Assembly (NCBI GenBank): GCA_045636605.1
Contig: JAZTXV010000014.1
Span: 44,557-108,556 of the forward strand
Length of the DNA stretch: 64,000 bases
Reading direction: 5' to 3'
DNA from: Eubacteriales bacterium
Lineage (GTDB): Bacteria > Bacillota > Clostridia > Oscillospirales > CAG-272
Part shown: piece after piece, positions 41,028 to 50,704 of the stretch
Layout: each line of letters begins with the position of its first letter
Numbering within the stretch: position 1 is the first letter of the stretch
The notes under the pieces: model-generated
Databases searched by the model: none
What the model was told of the DNA's origin: nothing
What the model saw: the letters and a program-made list of their open reading frames with translations, nothing else
Made by a program: the position numbers and the translations under genes

Positions 41028-42058
41028 TGAAGCACGATATTCTATCAATGACCTTGCCCGAGCTCGAGGCGCTTATCTTGGAGCTCGGTGAGCCAAAATT
41101 CCGCGCAAAGCAAATATACGGCTGGCTATGCCGTGGCGCTTGGGGCGACGAGATGAAAAATATTCCCCTCTCCTTGCGCAAAAAGCTTGATGATGTATGC
41201 GAAAATAGGCTTCCAAAGGTTGCAAAAAAGCTCGTTTCGCAAATTGACGGAACGGTAAAATATCTGTTCGAGCTAATCGACGGAGAATGTATTGAAAGTG
41301 TATTTATGAAATACGAGCACGGAAATACCCTGTGCATCTCGTCACAGGTTGGATGCCGTATGGGATGCAAATTCTGTGCATCGACAATCAACGGCAGAGT
41401 AAGAAATCTCAGCGCAGGCGAAATGCTCGGTCAAATAATCAAGGCTCAGGCAGATACGGGAGAGCGCATCTCCAACATCGTTATGATGGGAATAGGAGAG
41501 CCGCTTGATAACTATGATAACACGGTAAAATTTCTGCGTCTTGTGTCCTCGCCGGACTCTTTAAACATAGGGCTTCGGCACATCTCACTTTCAACGTGCG
41601 GACTCGTTGACAAAATAGATGCCCTCTCACACGAGGGCTTGCCGATTACACTCTCAATATCGCTTCACGCATATGACGATGAGGTACGCTCGGAGATAAT
41701 GCCCGTCAATAACAAATTCGGCATAGATGCCCTTCTTAGCGCATGCCAACGCTACTTTGAGCTAACAGGCAGACGTATTTCCTTTGAATATACGCTCATT
41801 GCCGATAAAAACGATACTGTGCAGGGGGCTGAGGCGCTTGCGAGAGTATTGAAGAAATACATACACTCAACCCCGCACGTAAATCTTATACCGCTTAACG
41901 AGGTAGAGGAAACACGCCTTTCAACCTCGAAAAACGTCAATGCCTTCAAAAGCAGACTGATTTCCTTAGGAGTCAACGCAACCGTGAGAAGAAGGCTTGG
42001 CTCGGACATCAATGCCTCGTGCGGACAGCTGAGAAGGCAAAGCGCCAAAAACGATTAA
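41027..42058 (+). CDS. rlmN: Dual-specificity RNA methyltransferase RlmN
   Basis: SSQVGCRMGCKFCAS, MGIGEP, ASCGQL. Confidence 0.95.
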   Translation: MKHDILSMTLPELEALILELGEPKFRAKQIYGWLCRGAWGDEMKNIPLSLRKKLDDVCENRLPKVAKKLVSQIDGTVKYLFELIDGECIESVFMKYEHGNTLCISSQVGCRMGCKFCASTINGRVRNLSAGEMLGQIIKAQADTGERISNIVMMGIGEPLDNYDNTVKFLRLVSSPDSLNIGLRHISLSTCGLVDKIDALSHEGLPITLSISLHAYDDEVRSEIMPVNNKFGIDALLSACQRYFELTGRRISFEYTLIADKNDTVQGAEALARVLKKYIHSTPHVNLIPLNEVEETRLSTSKNVNAFKSRLISLGVNATVRRRLGSDINASCGQLRRQSAKND

Positions 42059-42082
42059 AAACAACCGGAAAAGAGGAAAAAT

Positions 42083-42856
42083 ATGATTTGTTCTGCAAAT
42101 ACCGATGTAGGAATGAAGAGAAGCAACAACCAGGACACCTACATTTTGAGAGCTTACTCCGAAAAGACCTGCCTGTGCGTCGTATGTGACGGTATGGGTG
42201 GCGCAAGAGGCGGAAGCGATGCGTCAAGAATAGCCGCCGAGAAGTTCGTGTCGGTAATAGACGATTTCATTACACCCTACATAGGCAATAAGACTAAAAA
42301 GCTCCAGGGCTCCGAGATAAAGAATGCCCTTCTTTCTGCGCTTGAGCAGGCAAATCACGCAGTATATGAATACGCACAGCTTCACCCAACCCTGAAGGGA
42401 ATGGGTACAACGCTTGTGTGTGCGCTCGTAATAAAGGATACTGTATTCTGCGTCAACGTGGGAGACAGCCGTATGTACTTTATGAAGGGCGAAAAAATCA
42501 AGCAAATGACAAAGGACCATTCCTATGTTCAATATCTGCTTGATATAGGACAAATCACCGAGGAGGAGGCTCAACGCTTCCCTCAAAAGAACATAATCAC
42601 ACGTGCAATAGGCACGGAAAGCACCGTAAAGGGAGATTTTATAAGAGAGAGCATCAGCGAGGGAACGTATATTCTTCTTTGCTCCGACGGACTCACCAAC
42701 TTTGTAAGCGAAGAGGGAATACGTGACATCGTAATAGGCGACGACAGACGTGACCTTGACCAAATCAAGCTCGGACTCACTGTAAGAAAGCTGATTGACT
42801 GCGCAAACCAAAACGGCGGCGCAGATAACATTACGGCTATACTTGTAAGGGTATAA
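42083..42856 (+). CDS. prpC: PP2C-type Ser/Thr phosphatase (Stp1/PrpC)
   Basis: VCDGMGG, NVGDSR, CSDGL, GGADNIT. Confidence 0.93.
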   Translation: MICSANTDVGMKRSNNQDTYILRAYSEKTCLCVVCDGMGGARGGSDASRIAAEKFVSVIDDFITPYIGNKTKKLQGSEIKNALLSALEQANHAVYEYAQLHPTLKGMGTTLVCALVIKDTVFCVNVGDSRMYFMKGEKIKQMTKDHSYVQYLLDIGQITEEEAQRFPQKNIITRAIGTESTVKGDFIRESISEGTYILLCSDGLTNFVSEEGIRDIVIGDDRRDLDQIKLGLTVRKLIDCANQNGGADNITAILVRV

Positions 42857-42863
42857 GGAGGCA

Positions 42864-43814
42864 GTGATGGACAGAGAGTTGCTTAAAAAATATGAGGAGC
42901 TTGAGGGCACGCTTCTTGACGGCAGATATTTCCTTGAAAAGCTCATTGGCGTAGGCGGAATGGCAATAGTTTTTCGTGCCAAGGACACCTTCACGAATGA
43001 CAACACCGTGGCAATCAAAATGTTAAAGGACGAAATAGCCTGTGACAAGACGATGCTCAAGCGCTTTAAAAACGAATTCAGAGTAGAGAACGATATCCAA
43101 CATATCAACATCGTAAGCATGTACGAGTTCTGCACAAGCGGCGAGAAAAAGTATATGGTTATGGAATATGTCGGTGGCATAACGCTCAAAAAGTACCTTA
43201 AGGCAAAGAAGGGACCTCTTTCCTTCGAGGAGATAATGAGCTACACCATTCAAACCCTGAAGGCGCTTAAGGCTGCGCACGACGGCGGAGTAATTCACCG
43301 TGACGTAAAGCCACAGAACATAATGGTTCTCAGAAACGGACTTATCAAGGTCATGGATTTCGGTATTGCAAAGCTTCCTAATGCCGAAACGGTAACAATG
43401 ACCGATAAGGCAATAGGTACAGTTTACTATATGAGTCCCGAACAGGCAAGCGCAAAGCCGATAGATTGCAGAAGTGACCTTTATTCTCTCGGCGCAATGA
43501 TATACGAGCTTGCAACGGGTAAGCTTCCCTTCGACGGAGAAAGCCCCGTATCAATTGCAGTAATGCAAATAAATAACGAGCCAACCCCGCCAAGAGAGAT
43601 AAATCCGCAAATTCCCGTAGGTCTTGAGCAAATAATTATGTGCGCTATGTCAAAGAAGCCGCAGGAGCGCTTCCAAAGCGCAGATTCAATGCTCGATTAC
43701 GTAAAGAGGCTTCAAAAAAATCCAAAGATAAAATTTGATAATCTCCCAAGCCGTGGAAAAATGTCGAATTTTATGTCATTCATAAGACGCATTTTCAAAG
43801 TGAGAGGAAAATGA
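42864..43814 (+). CDS. prkC: Hanks-type Ser/Thr kinase in the PrkC position, catalytic domain only
   Basis: GVGGMA, VAIK, HRDVKPQN, DFG, YMSPEQ; between prpC and rsgA. Confidence 0.88.
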   Translation: MMDRELLKKYEELEGTLLDGRYFLEKLIGVGGMAIVFRAKDTFTNDNTVAIKMLKDEIACDKTMLKRFKNEFRVENDIQHINIVSMYEFCTSGEKKYMVMEYVGGITLKKYLKAKKGPLSFEEIMSYTIQTLKALKAAHDGGVIHRDVKPQNIMVLRNGLIKVMDFGIAKLPNAETVTMTDKAIGTVYYMSPEQASAKPIDCRSDLYSLGAMIYELATGKLPFDGESPVSIAVMQINNEPTPPREINPQIPVGLEQIIMCAMSKKPQERFQSADSMLDYVKRLQKNPKIKFDNLPSRGKMSNFMSFIRRIFKVRGK

Positions 43815-44752
43815 TAATTTCAGGAACAGTAACCAAAAGCGTCGGCGGCCTTTTTACCGTTGCGCTTGATAACGAATATAACGGCTCGTTTTACGTGGAT
43901 GCACACGCAAAGGGAGCGTTCAAGCACGAAAAAATTACACTTTTGGCAGGTGACAGAGTAGATGTCGACGTCAACGAAAACGGCGAGCCGTACATAAGCA
44001 AAATCCACGAAAGAAAAAGCTCGCTCATTCGTCCGCCGCTTGCAAATCTCGATATCGCCTTTATCGTAATCTCTTGCGTTAAGCCCGCACCTGTGCTCGA
44101 AACGATAGATAAGCTCATATGTATTGCAGAGTCAAAGGGTATAGAGTGCGTTATCGTAATAACAAAGGCAGATCTCGATACGGACTTTGCCAAATCCGTC
44201 GCTGAAATATACAAAAAAAGCGGCTTTGAAGTGTTTGTCACCTCGAGCGAAAGCGGAGAGGGCAAGGAGGAGCTGTACGGGTACATAAAAAGAGAATGTG
44301 AGGCAAGAAGCAACCCGATTTTCGCATTTTCGGGCGCATCGGGTGCAGGCAAAAGCACCTTCATAAATCTGCTTTTCCCGGGTCTGTCACTTGAAACAGG
44401 CGACCTTAGTCGCAAGCTTGAAAGAGGAAAGAACACCACAAGAAAAACGGAGCTTTTCTCTCTTGAAGCCTTAATGGGTAACGGGACAAGGGGCTACCTT
44501 GCGGACACTCCGGGCTTTACGCTTCTTGATTTTGAGCGCTTTGATTTCTTCACCCTTGACGAGCTTTTTTCTACATTCCGTGAGTTCAGAGAAAGCGAGG
44601 GCAGATGCAAATACACAAAATGCTCTCACACAAAGGAGCAGGGCTGTGATATATTGGAAAGGGTAAGAAGCGGGGAAATCCCCCCCTCTCGCCACGCCAG
44701 CTACGTTTCCCTCTATAACGTCTTGAAGAACAAGCCAAGGTGGAAAAAATAA
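43811..44752 (+). CDS. rsgA: Ribosome small subunit-dependent GTPase A
   Basis: Circularly permuted TKAD...GASGAGKS...DTPGF; CKYTKCSH..EQGC. Confidence 0.95.
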   Translation: MIISGTVTKSVGGLFTVALDNEYNGSFYVDAHAKGAFKHEKITLLAGDRVDVDVNENGEPYISKIHERKSSLIRPPLANLDIAFIVISCVKPAPVLETIDKLICIAESKGIECVIVITKADLDTDFAKSVAEIYKKSGFEVFVTSSESGEGKEELYGYIKRECEARSNPIFAFSGASGAGKSTFINLLFPGLSLETGDLSRKLERGKNTTRKTELFSLEALMGNGTRGYLADTPGFTLLDFERFDFFTLDELFSTFREFRESEGRCKYTKCSHTKEQGCDILERVRSGEIPPSRHASYVSLYNVLKNKPRWKK

Positions 44753-44819
44753 GAAATTAACAAAATAACAAGGGCTCTCATATTATGTAGTGTAGAACTA
44801 CAAATAGGGAGCCTTATTT

Positions 44820-44891
44820 ATGAAAATAGTAATTGTAAAATCACCTAAAATATTGACTCCGATTTTAAAGAGAATATTCAAGGTGAAATAA
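44820..44891 (+). CDS. spoVM: Stage V sporulation protein M (23 aa, absent from ORF track)
   Basis: MKIVIVKSPKILTPILKRIFKVK with Pro9; RBS AGGGAG; upstream ACA-16 bp-CATAttaT mother-cell sigma-like promoter; downstream of rsgA as in Bacillus. Confidence 0.85.
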   Translation: MKIVIVKSPKILTPILKRIFKVK

Positions 44892-44904
44892 CCGAATACA
44901 ACAC

Positions 44905-44929
44905 AAAAGGGAGCATCCGCTCCCTTTTT
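44905..44929. terminator. Bidirectional terminator
   Basis: aaaagggagc-atcc-gctccctttt. Confidence 0.8.
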
Positions 44930-44930
44930 A

Positions 44931-45593
44931 TTATTCCCTTATAAGAGTGTAATTTCCGCCCTTTAAAATCTCTATAAGCTGCTCCATTGAGGTGATCTGT
45001 TCGTCGGTTACAATTCCTGCGTTTGCAGGAGCATAATCATAATGGAAATCCGTGCCGGAGGTCTTGATAAGAGAGAACTTGTCTGCCCACTCATTTGCAA
45101 TATCGTTGCGTGAGTCGTGTCCCTTGTGTCCGTTATAAACCTCAACTCCGTCAAGCGCCGCAGGGTCTGTCACTGTCATACCGTTACGGAACGGATGTGC
45201 CTGTATAAACAGAAGCCCGTTTTCCTGCGCTATTTTGTGAAACTCCCAGGCATTAGACTTGAAAATCCCCTCTTGAACCCTTAAAAGCTCCTCTGTGACA
45301 CCAAAAACAAGATAATCGTTACAGCTTTCGTCAAAGCGAAGCTCTATACCGAGTAAAATATTAAGCTTACCCTCTGATGCCGCCTTAAGCCTTTTGTAGC
45401 CGGAAACAAACTTATCAATCCAGTCGTTCCAATCGGAACTCTTTAAATGCTCGTAGGTCCAACTGTTGAAATGGTTAGATAAAACAAGCGTTGAATAGCC
45501 GCTTGATACAAACTTGTCAATAATCGTGTTACAGTCAACTCTTGCGCAGGCGCTAACGTCGCACGAGTGACAGTGTAATTCTGTCTTAAACAT
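44931..45593 (-). CDS. PHP-domain metallophosphoesterase
   Basis: ELHCHS, SNH, AHPFR, GVEVYNG, GTDFH. Confidence 0.88.
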   Translation of the reverse strand: MFKTELHCHSCDVSACARVDCNTIIDKFVSSGYSTLVLSNHFNSWTYEHLKSSDWNDWIDKFVSGYKRLKAASEGKLNILLGIELRFDESCNDYLVFGVTEELLRVQEGIFKSNAWEFHKIAQENGLLFIQAHPFRNGMTVTDPAALDGVEVYNGHKGHDSRNDIANEWADKFSLIKTSGTDFHYDYAPANAGIVTDEQITSMEQLIEILKGGNYTLIRE

Positions 45594-45669
45594 AAAAATT
45601 CCGCCTTCTTTAAATGTTACACGATTATTATATACCCAAAATCATTTATCGTCAAGCAAAAGAGCGCAA

Positions 45670-46014
45670 TTATTTTTCAAATTCGCTCAAAATTCGGCAT
45701 ATGGCGCTCATAATTTCACAGGTGCTGCCGTACGCATACAAGCGAACCCCCGTATCGCTTGCCTCTGTCACAATAGCGCACTTGACAATCAAACGGTGCA
45801 AAAGCTCCTCGGGCGTGCTTTGTGCGTGGCTCAAAGCCACAAAATCCTCAAAAAAAGTAACGTCGATATCGCAGCTGTCAAGGCAAGCCTGTCTTAAAAC
45901 ATCCATGTTGAATTTGCACCGAAACCTCCAGTTGTCCCTTTTGTCAAGATAAATGATTTTCCTTTTTGGGTATTTTTCTCTCAGCTCGGCTATTGCCATT
46001 TCTGTTGCCTTCAT
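45670..46014 (-). CDS. Hypothetical protein, 114 aa
   Basis: RBS AAGGGAG before ATG at 46014; no family recognised. Confidence 0.6.
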   Translation of the reverse strand: MKATEMAIAELREKYPKRKIIYLDKRDNWRFRCKFNMDVLRQACLDSCDIDVTFFEDFVALSHAQSTPEELLHRLIVKCAIVTEASDTGVRLYAYGSTCEIMSAICRILSEFEK

Positions 46015-46080
46015 ATAATACTCCCTTATCGTAATCTGATACATTATATGCAAGGGCAAGGAGATTGATATTTCCAAATA

Positions 46081-46106
46081 AAAAAGCACCCGAATGGGTG
46101 CTCTTT
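46081..46106 (-). terminator. Terminator of the deo/pdp operon
   Basis: aaaaagcaccc-gaat-gggtgctcttt. Confidence 0.75.
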
Positions 46107-46110
46107 ACAA

Positions 46111-47409
46111 TTATAGTCTGTGCTTGATTAACGTTGCAGTCTTGGGCATCTCGCTTGATATCTCAAATGACGCATCAAGACGGCAAGCGGCATTCTCGAA
46201 AAGCTCCTCGCTCGATGCGTAAAGCACTGCAAGCGTGTCACCGCTATGAACACGGTCGCCGATGCCGACACAAAGCTCAACTCCCGCAAGTGAGTCAATG
46301 GAATCTCCCTTTTTCTGCCTGCCTGCGCCAAGAAGAGCGGAGGTGATGCCGACGCCCTCGGCATCAATTCTTGATATATATCCGTCACACTGCGCCTTGA
46401 ATTCGTACTTAAACGGAGCGCAAAGCAGCCTCTGTGGGTTGTCAATGAGAGATGCATCTCCCCCTTGCGCCGAAATCCATTCCTTCATTTTTTCAAGCGC
46501 CGCCCCGGACGAAATTGCGCCCAAAACACGCTCCCTTGCCGCATCAAGCGAAATCTTAAGGCAAAGCGAAAGCATGCTTGATGCAAGCTCAACGCAAAGC
46601 TCGGCAAGACGGGCATCTCCCTTGCCCGACAACACCTGTATCGCCTCATAGACCTCAAGAGAATTCCCAACAAAGCGCCCAAGAGGAGCGCTCATGTCGG
46701 TAATCAGCGCACACACGTTGCGCCCAAACTGCTCGCCAATTTCAATCATAGCCCTCGCAAGAGCTACCGCATCGTCCTCGCTTTTCATGAAAGCGCCGCT
46801 TCCGCACTTGACGTCAAGAACAATGGAGTGAGCGCCCGAGGCAAGCTTTTTTGACATAATGCTCGACGCAATAAGAGGGATTGAATCAATGGTTGCCGTC
46901 ACATCACGAAGAGCATAAAGCTTTTTGTCTGCGGGAACCAAATTTCCGCTTTGACCTGTAACCGCAATTCCGATTTTTTCAACCTGAAAAAGAAATTCCT
47001 CGCTTGAAAGCTCGGAGCGATAGCCGAGAAGCGACTCCAGCTTGTCAACCGTGCCACCCGTAAAGCCAAGCCCACGGCCTGACATCTTGGCAACCCTTGC
47101 GCCCAGAGAGGCAACAATCGGCGCAATAACAAGCGTTGTCTTGTCGCCAACACCGCCCGTGCTGTGCTTGTCAACGCAAAGCCCGTCAAAGCGACTCAAA
47201 TCCACCGTGTCGCCTGAGCGCATCATAGCATCGGTAAGGTAAAAGGCTTCCAGCGATGTCATACCGTTAAAGCAAATAGCCATCGCAAGCGCCGACATTT
47301 GATAATCCGGCACATCACCCGAGCAAAATCCGTTGATTATGAAATCAATCTCTGCCTTGTCAAGCTCTGCGCCCATTCGTTTCTTGTAAATTATATCGTA
47401 TGCTCTCAT
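46111..47409 (-). CDS. pdp: Pyrimidine-nucleoside/thymidine phosphorylase
   Basis: DKHSTGGVGDK, KMSGRGLG.TGGT.DKLES, SIMSKK. Confidence 0.95.
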   Translation of the reverse strand: MRAYDIIYKKRMGAELDKAEIDFIINGFCSGDVPDYQMSALAMAICFNGMTSLEAFYLTDAMMRSGDTVDLSRFDGLCVDKHSTGGVGDKTTLVIAPIVASLGARVAKMSGRGLGFTGGTVDKLESLLGYRSELSSEEFLFQVEKIGIAVTGQSGNLVPADKKLYALRDVTATIDSIPLIASSIMSKKLASGAHSIVLDVKCGSGAFMKSEDDAVALARAMIEIGEQFGRNVCALITDMSAPLGRFVGNSLEVYEAIQVLSGKGDARLAELCVELASSMLSLCLKISLDAARERVLGAISSGAALEKMKEWISAQGGDASLIDNPQRLLCAPFKYEFKAQCDGYISRIDAEGVGITSALLGAGRQKKGDSIDSLAGVELCVGIGDRVHSGDTLAVLYASSEELFENAACRLDASFEISSEMPKTATLIKHRL

Positions 47410-47420
47410 AAAAACCTCAA

Positions 47421-47819
47421 TTATAGCTTGAAGCCGTTCGGCAAAAGCTCGCACAGCCTGTAAACTCTGTACTCACCCATATCACCGACTAAAACAATCT
47501 CGAAATCTTCGTCGCAGAGCTCACTCATTACCTGTAAGCAAATTCCGCACGGAGGAGTAAAATCAATATCCTTGCCGTCAAGAGCGCCGGCTATTGCAAT
47601 AGCGCAAAAATCACGCTCTCCGTCGCAAACGGCATTTCCAAAAGCAACTCTTTCTGCGCACAAGGTTGCGCCAAATGACGAATTTTCAATATTACATCCG
47701 GAGTAAATTCTGCCACTCTCGGTTAAAAGCGCAGCCCCTACCTTGAACGAGGAATACGGAGCATAAGCTCCATCACGCGCAATAACGGCACGGTCGCAAA
47801 GAAGCTCGTAATCAATCAT
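47421..47819 (-). CDS. cdd: Cytidine deaminase
   Basis: YAPYS.F.VGAA, CAER, PCGIC. Confidence 0.95.
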   Translation of the reverse strand: MIDYELLCDRAVIARDGAYAPYSSFKVGAALLTESGRIYSGCNIENSSFGATLCAERVAFGNAVCDGERDFCAIAIAGALDGKDIDFTPPCGICLQVMSELCDEDFEIVLVGDMGEYRVYRLCELLPNGFKL

Positions 47820-47823
47820 AAAA

Positions 47824-48984
47824 TCACCTCAAAAATTCGCCCTTAAGGCTTATTCCGAAATTAAATTCAACACCCAGTAAATCGCATACGGTAGCGCCTA
47901 TATCGGCATATGTGCTCCTTGTGCCGAGCGACACGGGCTTTATCTGCCTTCCGTAAATCAAAAGCGGAATGTACTCTCTTGTGTGATCGGTGCTGAGGTC
48001 ACCGGGATCACAGCCGTGGTCCGCCGTGATAATAAGCGCATCATCCTCGCCAAGCTCTGTCATTAAAGCGGGCAAGGAAGCATCAAAAAACGAAATGGCC
48101 TTAGCATAGCCGTCAATGTCGTTTCTGTGACCGTAGGTCATATCAAAATCAACCAAATTCGTAAAGCAAAGTCCGTGAAAATCCGTTTTCATTATCTCTA
48201 ACGTTTTGTTAATTCCGTCCTCGTTCGATACTGTCTTGTGGGAGGCCGTAATGCCTCGCCCTGCAAAAATATCGTAAATTTTACCCACAGAAATCACGTC
48301 AAGCGATGCACCCTGTATCAAATCAAGCATAGTTTTACCCGTTGGCTCAAGTGAAAAATCGTGCCGCCTCGGCGTTCTTGTAAAATCGGGATATTCGCCG
48401 ACAAACGGTCTTGCAATAACTCTTGCAACGCCGTGCTCACCGACAAGAAGCCCCCTTGCTATCTCGCAGTAGCGATAAAGCTCCTCTATCGGAACTAAAT
48501 CCTCGTGTGCGGCAATTTGAAAAACACTGTCCGCCGAGGTGTAAACTATCAGCTTTCCTGTTCGTAAATGCTCCTCGCCGTAGTCACGGATAACCTGCGT
48601 ACCCGAATACGGCAGATTGCAAAGCACACCACGTCCCGTTAAGCGCTCAAATTCCTTTATAACCTCGCTTGGAAATCCGTCGGGATATGTCGGAAACGGC
48701 TTTTTTGAAGCAACGCCCGCAATCTCCCAATGTCCAACGGTCGTGTCCTTGCCCATTGACATCTCGGCGCAACGTCCGTACGAACCCAATGGCGCATCAA
48801 CTCCCGCAATACATGAGCCGTCAATGTTGCCAAGCCCGAGCTGCGACAGGTTCGGAATGTTGAAAAACGGCGATTTGGAAATGCTCCTGAGTGTATTTGC
48901 CCCCTTATCTCCGAAAAGCTCGGCATCGGGAAGCTCGCCTATTCCGAAGCTGTCCAAAACTATCAAAAATACTCTTTTAATCAT
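47824..48984 (-). CDS. deoB: Phosphopentomutase
   Basis: VLDSFGIG, GKDT..GHWE, NLVDFD, TADHG.DP, DHTRE. Confidence 0.95.
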   Translation of the reverse strand: MIKRVFLIVLDSFGIGELPDAELFGDKGANTLRSISKSPFFNIPNLSQLGLGNIDGSCIAGVDAPLGSYGRCAEMSMGKDTTVGHWEIAGVASKKPFPTYPDGFPSEVIKEFERLTGRGVLCNLPYSGTQVIRDYGEEHLRTGKLIVYTSADSVFQIAAHEDLVPIEELYRYCEIARGLLVGEHGVARVIARPFVGEYPDFTRTPRRHDFSLEPTGKTMLDLIQGASLDVISVGKIYDIFAGRGITASHKTVSNEDGINKTLEIMKTDFHGLCFTNLVDFDMTYGHRNDIDGYAKAISFFDASLPALMTELGEDDALIITADHGCDPGDLSTDHTREYIPLLIYGRQIKPVSLGTRSTYADIGATVCDLLGVEFNFGISLKGEFLR

Positions 48985-49021
48985 AACATATCGGGCAAAA
49001 ATGCCCACTCCCCTCGGAGAA

Positions 49022-49750
49022 TTAAAGTCTTATCGCTGTTTCCAGCGCAAGCGTCATCATCTGCGTAAAGGTCGATTGACGCTCCTCGGCGCTTGTCGCC
49101 TCACCTGTCAAAACGTGGTCGGAGATTGTGCAAATCGCAAGAGCGCTTTTGCCGAGCCTTGCCGCATTCATATACAGACCCGCCGCCTCCATCTCAACCG
49201 CCATGACTCCCATTTTAGACCATTTAGCGCTTGATGTGTCAGAGGGAGCAACTCCCTCGAAATCGCCGTAGAAAATATCGGACGAAACAAGATTTCCAAC
49301 GTGGTAGCTAAGCCCCATATCCTGCGCCAAATCTGCGCACACCTTGAGGATTTTATAGCTTGCAATAGGTGCAAACGTACCGCCAAGACGGAATGTGCTT
49401 GCAAAATTTGAGTCTGTGCAGGCGCCCATACCGAGAACAATATCTCTTACCTTGATGCCGTGCTGTAAAGCCCCGGCCGAGCCCACACGTATGATATTCT
49501 CAACGCCGAATTGCGTGAAAAGCTCGTGTGAGTATATACCGATTGACGGCATACCCATTCCGCTTGCCATAACAGAAACCTTAACGCCCTTGTATGTGCC
49601 GGTGTAGCCCTGCACACCACGAACGTTGTTTACAAGCGTTGCATTTTCAAGAAAATTTTCTGCTATGAATTTTGCGCGCAAGGGATCTCCCGGCATAAGC
49701 ACGGTTTTCGCAAAATCCCCAAGCGAAGCATTAATATGTGGTGTTGCCAT
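49022..49750 (-). CDS. deoD: Purine nucleoside phosphorylase DeoD
   Basis: TPHI, MPGDPLRA, GMGMPS, VEME. Confidence 0.96.
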   Translation of the reverse strand: MATPHINASLGDFAKTVLMPGDPLRAKFIAENFLENATLVNNVRGVQGYTGTYKGVKVSVMASGMGMPSIGIYSHELFTQFGVENIIRVGSAGALQHGIKVRDIVLGMGACTDSNFASTFRLGGTFAPIASYKILKVCADLAQDMGLSYHVGNLVSSDIFYGDFEGVAPSDTSSAKWSKMGVMAVEMEAAGLYMNAARLGKSALAICTISDHVLTGEATSAEERQSTFTQMMTLALETAIRL

Positions 49751-50414
49751 CTGTCATATCCCCCTGTGAATCGAGTAAAATTTTAACAAGCCTTGATGTG
49801 CCGAGTCTTGATGCGCCAAGAGAAATGAAATCTCTTGCATCGTCAAAGGACGAAATTCCGCCCGCCGCCTTGATTTTAACATCAGGACCTATATGACGGG
49901 CAAACAGAGCAATGTCCTCTCTTGTTGCGCCACCCGTTGAAAAGCCCGTAGAGGTTTTTATAAAATCCGCGCCGGCCTCGGTGACGATTTCGCACATGTG
50001 CTTTTTTTCGTCATCGGTCAAAAGACACGCTTCGATTATAACCTTAAGCACCTTGTTTCTGCACGTGTATCTTTGCGCCTTCAAATCGTCAAGGAGCTTC
50101 TTCAGCTTTCTGTCCTTCAAATCACCGATATTGATAACCGTGTCAATTTCGTCAGCGCCGTTTTCAATGGCATTTTTTATTTCAAAGAGCTTAACCCTTT
50201 CGCACATATAGCCGTTTGGAAAGCCTATGACGGTGCAGATTTTTGTTCTGTGATTGCAATAATCGCTTGCCGCTTCAACAAATGACGGCGGAATACACAC
50301 CGATGCGCATTCGAATTTTATGGCCTCATCACACGTTCTTTTGATTTGCTGCCAGCCTGCATCAACCTTCAAAAGAGTATGGTCAACCATTGTCAAAATT
50401 TCCTTGATTTCCAT
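49731..50414 (-). CDS. deoC: Deoxyribose-phosphate aldolase
   Basis: DHTLL, VIGFP.G, KVIIE, FIKTSTGF, KAAGGI. Confidence 0.96.
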   Translation of the reverse strand: MEIKEILTMVDHTLLKVDAGWQQIKRTCDEAIKFECASVCIPPSFVEAASDYCNHRTKICTVIGFPNGYMCERVKLFEIKNAIENGADEIDTVINIGDLKDRKLKKLLDDLKAQRYTCRNKVLKVIIEACLLTDDEKKHMCEIVTEAGADFIKTSTGFSTGGATREDIALFARHIGPDVKIKAAGGISSFDDARDFISLGASRLGTSRLVKILLDSQGDMTDGNTTY

Positions 50415-50704
50415 AAAAGCCCTCCAAAGCAAAAGAATTAACTCGGATGCAAAGCATCCCTTAATATCATTTTATCATATAATGTAAAAAAAATCAACGG
50501 CAAACTTCAAAGACGAAGGGGAAATGCTCCGCTTTCTAAAATGAAGCGCAAAAATGGAAAAATCAACCCCTTGAAGATGCAAAAATAGGACAAAAACCAA
50601 TCAAAAATAACATTTTTTTTAAAAAGGTATTTCAATTTTGCAAAAAGTGTGATACAATGAAACAAATATATTGACAAATCAACAATCAACTGTGAGGACA
50701 GATT

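Noticed and set aside
42224..43189. Long antisense ORFs (321 aa here; also 58294-59037, 38065-38706, 48617-49234 and many in the r-protein operon)
   Set aside because: Shadow frames opposite well-supported genes, with no recognisable motifs
50415..50704. Purine riboswitch upstream of the deo operon
   Set aside because: Only a short ggatgc/gcatcc hairpin; the conserved purine aptamer core is not visible
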